Shown here in pieces: positions 54,997 to 64,000 of a DNA stretch of 64,000 bases. Every line of letters starts with the position of its first letter. Positions within the stretch are counted from its first letter, which is position 1. Position numbers and translations under genes: made by a program. This stretch comes from Lingula anatina (taxonomy: Eukaryota; Animalia; Brachiopoda): positions 6,076,001-6,140,000 of the forward strand of contig CM120645.1 in the NCBI GenBank assembly GCA_051362555.1, given 5' to 3'. The notes beneath the pieces are model-generated. The model saw nothing but the letters and a program-made list of their open reading frames with translations, ran no database searches and was not told where the DNA came from.

Positions 54997-57963
54997 AAAT
55001 GATGGAGTTTTATAAGGCAAGCAACATAGATACATGCGTATAAACAAATTATATTGAAATTACAGAACTGATAATTTTTTTGTAAATGAATGCAGTTGTA
55101 GTGAATTAAGCAGAGGACAATGGTCACATCCAGCACAATGGCCACCTTGGCAAATCCACTGCAATAAATGAAGTTTCACCTCTGCCGCAGTGGCTGATGT
55201 AAACCATTTCTTTCGCCCGTATGACCCATATGTTATATTAGGTCATCAGATTTTGGTTACTCTGCTGAATCGTTTTTCAAACTTATTTGAGTTGAAAATC
55301 CAAGAACTATTTATTTATGGTAAGTTTAATCGATTCATCATGTGACTTCTTTTGATCAGCCCACATCTATTTGATATATTGAATTAATACATTTATCCAA
55401 CATACATTGTATACCTACCCATTGATAACGGCTGACATAACGGCAAAGAGAACTATTCTATAACTGCAGTGTGCATTCAATGCCACTGTTTTTGATCAAA
55501 CAATGTTACTTCAAGACGCCATGTTTACCTATACGGTTGATTAACATGTAGGTGAAGCACGGGGAAAAAACGAAAGTAGGTCATGTTGCGTTGTTATTAT
55601 TCATTTAGTTAATCCCTTGCCCCATTTCTGTTTATTCCCCAGCAGTGGGGTAAAAAATTAACCTAAAGTGACAGCTGCATTTAAAGCATACCAGACAGAC
55701 AGATCCTCGTCGGAGTAAACTGCCACACCCAGCATGGCGCACCCAACAGGCGGAGCTGCAATTCACACGCAGGCTACAGCTGCTACAAGTATCTACATTG
55801 AGGATACAACAAAGAGTGTGTCGTTAGCTTCAGGGTATGTATTTTGAAACTCAACAATTTTTCAGAATATTTAGGGAGAATTAATACGCTCCCCAAATAC
55901 AACTTCCACCAAAAGATAATCGAATTATTTAAAATACACCGGTGTGGCAGGAATGGCAGTCCTGGGTCCCATCTGATTAGGTAAGTCTTAGTGGGAGTAT
56001 TGAGGGTAGTATATGGGACGAATGTCACCTGTACAAATGGAGAATGGACTACGGTTCCTAGCGGACTAACATTCCTGTCACACCGTTTCGTTTTGTTTTT
56101 ATCTCAATTAAGTAGTCTACATATGTATGGTCTCACATTTACATTTCAAATTATTTTTTATACGCGATTTATCCAAGTATTAGTCGCCACTAAAGTTTGT
56201 AACACGTAAAGAAACACTTTTTAATGGTAACTATGGAATAAAATTAATCAATTTAGATGACTAATGTTTATCAACGTGATATAGCTATTTTCACATTTTA
56301 AACTTAGATGGGGTGTCCGATTACTGTTGATCATCTGTATGTTTTAATTTCCAGTCCATACAATCAACACAACTTCGCTGTTATAAACGCCATACGAACG
56401 AAGGCCGATAATAATGCATCCAAGCCCAGTTTTACCAAGATTCTGCCCTGGGGAGGGCGGTCCCATGACGAAGGGTGTATGGACGGTTGCTGTGGCAAAA
56501 TGACTTGGTATGCCGTGGTCGCTTTCCCTTTTGTTGTGACTCTTGTAAGTAATGATTTTCTATGCGAACTATTGTTTCATTGAAATATGTTTTAGGCCCA
56601 TGGGTTGCTACACTAATAAACTGAAGTTTGCTAAAACATAAAACAAAAACAAATGAAACACCCAGGCCTTGGCCTGCACCTTTCGACCAAATTTCAACAC
56701 TTCCTTGTAACATGTATATTGATTTAACATAGTTTGTGCAAACAGTGAAGTTCAAATTTCTCGTCCATCGTCTTTAGATCTCCAATATGAAATGGGTTAA
56801 GTTCCATTTGTCGAGGGAGTAGGTAATCGTCAGTAATGTTAAAATGTATTTTATGAGGTAGCTAGCATACAGACAAAAACATAGAGGTGTGTAGTACTCT
56901 TAATCTTATTATATTGCCTGTTGTTAGTACATCAAGAAGATCGTTATTTACAAAAGAGGTAAACTTTTCATATAGCGGCTATTTCTGACAACGTGTTTGA
57001 ACAGGGTATTCTGTAAGCCGGCCACCCGACCCTACTCCCATTTAAGAAGGGTAAGGTAAAATTTCCCAGAATCTCCGAGCAGTTAAAAGAGTGAACTCAC
57101 TTCCTCCGATTTTACATTTTCTAGTTTATATGTACTTGGATTATAGTAAATCTACATAATGTATCTATTTCAGAGATGAAGACGATAGCTTTTTGGTCAG
57201 TGATGTCAAATGTTGATGTATTTTGAGAGAAAACACGACAGACAAAAGCATGAGTGACCATAGAGTCACTTCTCTATGGAACTGCTGTTTCGCATTACTA
57301 TACTTTACATCTATGCATTATTTGTCCTAGCTTTTACATTCTGCATGTTCTACGAAATCGTGATTTTGCTTTCTAGTGAAGTAATCGAAACGTGTAAAAT
57401 CATTCACGTGTCAAAACATAAAGTTACATACATGTATAAAACTAGCCAAGCATTTTAAACCATATCAAACCAAAACGATTGCATAACCTTTTCCAAAGAC
57501 AAATACAAATTTGATATTTGGACTTAACAATGTATTCATAGAAAGTTATTTCACAAGTACACATACACACATATCAACCCACCCATTCAGATTCACTTCA
57601 GTCTAGTTTCTGAATATACATGTAAACTGTGTTAAATAAGATATACTGCTGTCATTTTGTTTGTCTTTCAGTTTGGGTGGTTGACAACAGGAAGTTTCAT
57701 CCCTTATCTCTTCATGGTTGGCCTTTGCCTGCATGCTCCTTATCTGGCACATAGCAGCAATGGTCATCATCAAGGTCAACCAAAGCCGATTTGAGTCAAA
57801 CGATACCTGGTACCTTATAAAAGTATGTCCCTCATCATTTGAAATAAAAGCAAAAAATATGTCTCTTTATCTCCATCTGACTTTTTGATTTAATCATCCT
57901 TCCGTTTTGCTTTTTAGTGTTATGTATCATAACTCTATAATATTGTTCTATGTGGTTACCCTA

Positions 57964-57967
<4 letters not shown>

Positions 57968-58023
<56 letters not shown>
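57968..58023. repeat. (TA)n microsatellite
   Basis: Directly visible. Confidence 0.95.
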
Positions 58024-58025
<2 letters not shown>

Positions 58026-58392
58026 TTGTTTCTCCATAACGAAATCTATTATTCATACAGTATTCATCCCAAGAATTTAAGTTAAAAAATCAGGCGGATC
58101 TAATGAAACATGTTGCAAATACAGAATTTTCTTTTAATTTCCTAGTTAAATACAAATGAGAGTATCAATGGCCACATGAACGCATTCTTTAAAATCACAG
58201 CAAGACAAGCGAACCACATCACATTCTCAGGAGTTGCAGTAAACCAAGAACAAATAAATATGTTGCAATACCAACTTCTGCATAACCATGGTAAGCATTC
58301 ATATTTCTACTAAGCTTCTACCACCAGCCCTACCCACCCATCTGTGTGTATATGTGTGTGTGTGAGTGTGTGTGTGTGTGTGTGTGAAGGGG

Positions 58393-58487
58393 TTCTTTAA
58401 AATCACAGCAAGACAAGCGAAACCTCGGAGTTGCAGTAAACCAAGGACAAATTAACATGTTGCAATACCAACTTCTGCATAATCATG
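58393..58487 (+). repeat. Partial degenerate duplicate of exon 4 of copy D
   Basis: Repeats ttctttaaaatcacagcaagacaagcgaa..cttctgcataa.catg plus a GT donor, with an 11-nt internal deletion. Confidence 0.85.
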
Positions 58488-58562
58488 GTATGTATTTAAC
58501 CATAAGTTATTTCACTTACCAGTATCCCCCCCTTCATCCTATCCCCATCCTACCGCTCTCTC

Positions 58563-58597
<35 letters not shown>

Positions 58598-60531
58598 ATA
58601 TGTACTTGACATATTGAAGAAAAAGGTCTGAAGCTTAATCATGTTTTTTGTTTTTAGAAGTGCACAAACAAAGTTCTAGACGGCGCATTCATTTTTAAAA
58701 CAAAGATATGAAAATAAGTTCAAATCTCTGTATCATCAACATTACCTGGCAATTTATTTTAAGGTGACATTACTTTAACTTACCCTTTCTTAACTTGTAT
58801 TTTATCTATTTCCTTTCAGTGGCAGAGATTAAAGTGATGATATACAACTTGACGTACCAAACCAGACGCTTTAGCCTTCCGTTCCAAGAAATTCTCTTTG
58901 TCAGCATGCTGTACATTGTGAGCCTGGTCCTTCACGGCATGTACTTCATTAACGCCCACAGTAATCAAAATGGGTATTAATTCAAATACATGTAGTTAGA
59001 CATACTGTCATATGAACATAATTCTGAACACCAACCAAGGTTAACTGCACCTTTTGTACTTCTGTAAGATCTATGGTGTATCATATACATAGGTATGAAT
59101 ATTGACGTACCGTTCCATATTTCGCCAAGACCACCAAAAAGGCAGAGGTGTGCTTCATTGTGCCAGAGGAAAACCATTGAAACGTATACACCGCGAATGG
59201 CTCTGAGCCAATTAGACCCCAAAAACGATAAGTAATGAAAGCATATATAACCGTTAACACATGTAGAGGCTACGATATATGGCTGGGCTATTTGAGAGTG
59301 ACTCTGTTAAAATAAAATGGGAAAGGATATAGAGATGATGATTTCCGTTACTGATTCTTAGAAGAAAATACATACAAATATGTTTTATTATTATTATTAT
59401 TAGGTAAATGCCAAGGTATGTATAAGTAATGTGTTACGTATAGTATCGTTTGAAGTAAATTGATGTAATATTTACTTGCATATACTATAAATGGGTTTCA
59501 CTACAAAGGTGCGACACTGACATTGATGTAATATCAAATATTTTTACAGATTTCAGAAATACACCAAGTATTTCAGACAGGTTTTGCTTTTTTTATATTT
59601 GTGATTGATTATACTACCTGCGATTCTATAGATCACAAGTCAAACGTATGATGCTAGATATGATATATTCAAACACACAAAATAATAATCTTAAGTAAAA
59701 ATATCGTTGGTGTTATCTGCAGTTTAATTTTCTTTAGTATAGAGCCACCTGAACGCTTGAAGTCTGATTATTTTAGAACAACATGCATGCATAGGATATT
59801 TTTTAATGATGGCTTCAATAAACATTTATCAATATAAATGTATTATTTTTTCTTTTTGTTTCTTGACTATTGGATCTGATGTCGGACTAATATACATTTA
59901 ATCCAGGAAAATTTTATTTCTTTACAACAGAGAGCAACAAAAATAGTAAAGCAAACAGTACCAAATGTTCTTGAACAGAAGTATATAAGTTAGTTTGAAA
60001 ATGTACTGATTTATCACCAGTCAATTTTACTGACCAATCCTTCTGACATAAACATCTCGAGGCGTAAAACTAAATTATACCAGGATGGGTTTGTTTTAAA
60101 ACTTTGGGCAAAAGAACATATTAAAATTACAGAACTGATTTCTATAAACTGTACGTGAATGCAGTTGTTGTTAATTAAGCAGTCAAATCCAACACAAAGA
60201 CCACCTTGTTAAATCCACTGCAATGAATTTAGTTCCACCTCTGCCGCAAAGGCTTAGGTAAACCATTTCTTTCCCCCGTATGACCCATATATTGTATTTT
60301 CCATCACGACTATTCAGCGTGAAGGCAAAGCACGGACCAGAAACGAAAGTAGGTCATTTGACGTTGTTATTATTCATTTTGTGGATTCCTTTGTCCGTTT
60401 CTGTTTATTCAAGACTTACACAAGCAGGGGGCAAATATTAACTGATAGTGACTGCTACAACGAAAGTAATTTGGTGACTAACAGCGTACCAAACAGACAG
60501 ATCCTCGTCGGAATAAACTGCCACACCCAGC

Positions 60532-63500
60532 ATGGCGCACCCAACAGGCGGAGCAGCAATTCACACCCAGGCTACAACTGCTACAAGTATCAGCATTGAG
60601 GATACATCAAGGGATGCGGTGATAGCATCGGGGTATGTATTCTGAAACTCAACACTTTTAAATATGGAATATTTGAAATAATGCATTGGCGAGAATTCAC
60701 TCCGAAACAAAAACCCAACTTAACCCTGCATAAATGCAACTATAAATGCCATGGGCGATATAATATCAAGGAAATGGAACTTCTAATACGATGGTACGTA
60801 AAGTATATTGATAATTCTGGCGTTTTGCCTCTTTTACTCACGGTGCACTTGAAATGTGCACGGAGTAACTACATATCTTGGCTTTCTACCTCCCAAATGT
60901 ACCAATAAAAGTAAGCACCGATGCAGTGCTTACTTTTGGTGAGTCTTTCGGTGGTTATTTTGCCCCAGTTTTTGAGAAGCGCTTAAAAATGAACTACCAC
61001 AGCGAGCTCTACAATCTCCTGAATTCGAGTACTTATTTTATGTACATATTTTTATTTAACAATTTATTGTTCTATATTAGTACTACTTGTTATTTCTTTA
61101 TTTTTTTTTTCATTTTTAGTTATTTCTTTAGTTATTGTTATAGTTTAAATCATGCTTGAGTAGGTTTTATACTGATATGTACTTATAGGGTTGTTGTGTT
61201 TTATCTTATGACATGCCCTTCAAGTATAATAATCGACAAAAATAATTTCATCGACCCAAAAACTATCAAGAAAAAATCCAAAAAAAAAAAACAAAAAATC
61301 CACTGCCAACAGCCAAATTTCTAACAAAAGTTGTATTAGGTCCTTAAGGATTGTTTTATGCGTTGATTTAATTTGTACAAAAACTGCACTTTTGAGAAAG
61401 AATCTTGCTTTTGTATAAAAGGAATCTAAATACTCCTACTGACTTAATTGTGAGCCGGATTTATTTCAGTCCATACAATCAACACAACTTCGCTGTTAAT
61501 AACGCCAGAGGCGTTAAGGCCAACAACAATGAGATTGAACCCGATTTTATCAAGATTTTGCCGTGGGGAGGAATGTCCTGCATCGATACCGCAGCGTGTA
61601 TGGGCGACTGTTTTGCAGCAATGATTTGGTACGTCGTGGTCGTTATCCCTTTCGCTCTAACTGTGGTAAGTAAAGGTTACTATCGTTTAATTAAAATATG
61701 TTTTAGGGCAATGTGTGTTTGCAAATAAAAATTTTACAAAAAAAAAACGTATGCATTGCTTAGACAAAAACAAAACCAAAGACCCAGCCTAAACATTTTC
61801 CGCGAGCACCCGAGCCAAACGTTAACATTTTTGAAAAGTGAATATTAACTAGTACAAGCAGCTATATCAAATCTCTCGCCCATATACCCGGTTCTTTAGA
61901 CATCCTATATCAAAACCAAAAGATTAAACATTACCTACCCAGCGCATAAAGAGTATGAAACACCAATAAAGACAATTTTTATTCTGAAAACAAAATCATT
62001 CGTAATATTTGAAATTAAAACTATCCTAGATTTGCCAAGTCTTTTGTCCTATTTTGCAAATCTGGTTTCTTGGACTTTACATTTTACACATAGAAATCTC
62101 TTTCACGCGCACTCAAGACTGCAGCTGGTTCGAGAATGGACATTGTGTTAGGCGAGCTCAGTTGCACTAATTTATTCTTTTTCTTTGTATTTTAGGTGGG
62201 GTGGTTTACAAGAGGAACTTTCGTCCCTTATCTCTTTGCGGTTGGTCTTGCCTTGTTTCTGGGCTGGCACATAGCAGCAATGGTCATCATCAAGGTCAAC
62301 CAATTGAGATTTAAGTCAAAAACAGCCTGGTACCTTATCAAAGTAGGTCCCTTTTTATGTGAAAATGATAAATTTGTCTGTCCTTTTCATCTTTTATGTT
62401 ATGACATAGTAACGTTATTACTTTTGTTACTCTTCCTTTTTAAACTTCGAATTCAGTATTACCGCGTGTGCAATTTCACTTTAATTTACCGCATGCACCA
62501 AAGTTTCAGTTTGCTTAGAGACAGACAACGTGTGCTATCTGTCTCTCAGCCTCGAGCGAAAGTCAGATTTGGTCAAGGCATATGTCCATAAACACCCTTA
62601 AACAACCCTAAAGTTGAATAAAGAGTTTTTTTTGCCATGATAACATTAAATCTGAAAAATCTTTGCCTCGTTTTGCCCATGGTGGCCCACTGAGCTGCTA
62701 ACAAAGAAATTTCTCCCAACCTTGCTTTTATTTGCTATGTTTATTACATATAACACATTTAATAAATATATCGTGACTTACACAGTGTCCGTTTGTGAAA
62801 GAACTCACTTATTGTGTCTAGCCTTATATTCGCCGTTTATTTTATAGTCAAGAAATATAATCAACGGAGGCATGAACGCATTCTATACCATAACAGCAAG
62901 ACAAGCGAGCCACATCACGCTCTCAGGAGTTGAAGTGAACCAAGAACAAATTAATATGTTGCAAGCTAAACTTCTGCATAAACGTGGTAAGCATTTATTC
63001 TTTTGCTAAGCCTACTTTTTCCATCATGGCCCACAACTCACTCTCTCATTCTTTTTTCTTTCTCTCACTCTGTATGTGTGTTTGTTTGTTGGTTTGTAAC
63101 ATACATGTACTGTAGGTACACGTACATGTATGACGACACATTCTGCATTACATTTATCAGTCACTCTTAATCATATAACAATATCGATACTCCTTTGCTC
63201 CATATATGTGACAGTAAGTGTAAGTACTGGCACATTTAAGAGCAAAATATCTGAAGTTGGTGTAAGGGTGCACAGACAAATTAAAAAAGGATCCCCTATC
63301 GTTGAACCATAGCAATTAAAAACCGACGTAGCATGCGATTAAAAAAATGTCCAAAAGGTTTGTATTGTCAACATCAACTGCCCATATTTTCTTCCTAGAG
63401 GTGTAATTACATCTACTCACCTTAATCATAATCTTGTGTTTTGTTTTCAATTTTTTCAGTGGCTGAGATCAGAGTGATGGTGTATCATAAGGAGTACCAA

Positions 63501-63698
63501 AAAAGATACTTCGACATTCCGTTCCGAAGCATTTTGATCATCGGCATCCTGTACTTTGCGAGCCTGGCCATGCACGTCATGTACTACTGTTACATTCCCT
63601 ACGAGTACGGAAACAGTTGGAATTCTACATTCTCAGATCCTGTGGTGACAGCAGACATGATGAATCGAACCACTAACCTAACTGAAATATGGACATAG
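60532..63698 (+). CDS. 3-TM membrane protein family, copy E (intact, 273 aa), uncharacterised
   Basis: Exons 60532-60632, 61470-61665, 62196-62342, 62848-62986 and 63460-63698 (phases 2, 0, 0, 1; 822 nt, open). Hydrophobic segments: MIWYVVVVIPFALTVVGWF, PYLFAVGLALFLGWHIAAMVII and ILIIGILYFASLAMHVMYY. The C-tail carries NST, NRT and NLT sequons. Confidence 0.88.
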
Positions 63699-64000
63699 TT
63701 CTGTCAATCAACCACTCTTTGTGACAAAGTAAGAACAGTGATATATTTGAGATGTCAAAAAGGTGTGGGTTTTTTATTGTAAATGGTGGTGTGTGTGTTG
63801 ATTATTTGTTAATGACAAGGTATGTGTAGGAATTGAGTAATTTGTATCTCTGTTTAAAGTACATTTATTGATAAAGCCTACATTAAAATGTGACTGTAAA
63901 TATCAAATGAGTTCCACTGTAAAGCTACGACAGTTGGCAACTCATATAAAACTGCGAGTGGAATGAGAACTTCTGAAACTTTACATAAAACCTGTGATGT

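Larger units (their letters stand above)
55734..58980 (+). pseudogene. 3-TM membrane protein family, copy D (4-nt insertion in exon 3)
   Basis: Exons 55734-55834, 56355-56544, 57672-57822, 58146-58290 and 58820-58980. Exon 3 is 151 nt versus 147 in B, C and E (cct-gcat-gctcct near 57731), giving TGA at 57792-57794. It would otherwise be an open 247-aa gene, so a null allele or assembly error is possible. Confidence 0.75.

Noticed and set aside
60586-61500. RHIM-like amyloid motif across the exon 1/2 junction of the 3-TM family (SISIEDT..VIASGPYNQHNF)
   Set aside because: G-x-Y-N recalls RIPK1 IQIGAYN, but the (I/V)Q(I/V)G core is absent. It cannot be supported without a profile search.

Overview
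AT-rich, intron-rich eukaryotic DNA with microsatellites, Tc1/mariner elements and MITEs. It looks like a marine invertebrate, possibly a mollusc, but the species cannot be determined from sequence. I spliced the genes by hand using GT-AG sites and phase continuity; all are on the + strand. (1) A 3-exon gene at 654-1511 encodes a ~65-aa secreted peptide with an 8-Cys metallothionein-like core. (2) A 23-exon SUSD2/Mesh/MUC4-type membrane protein gene at 8214-27687 (~1350 aa) has NIDO, TIG, AMOP, VWD with GDPH, five near-identical Sushi exons, three Cys/N-glycan mini-exons and a TM helix. (3) A 3-exon gene at 30527-34667 (~661 aa) encodes a somatomedin-B-like, Cys-rich, probably GPI-anchored protein. 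(4) Five paralogs (A-E) of a 5-coding-exon, 3-TM membrane protein family that I cannot assign to any known family: C (47889-53617) and E (60532-63698) are intact, while A, B and D carry three different lesions. Copy B lost exon 4 but has a new AG acceptor that could restore the frame. The 3-TM family and the secreted Cys-rich peptide are the best candidates for undescribed biology. No rRNA, tRNA or CRISPR array was seen. No database search was possible, so all family assignments rest on remembered motifs.
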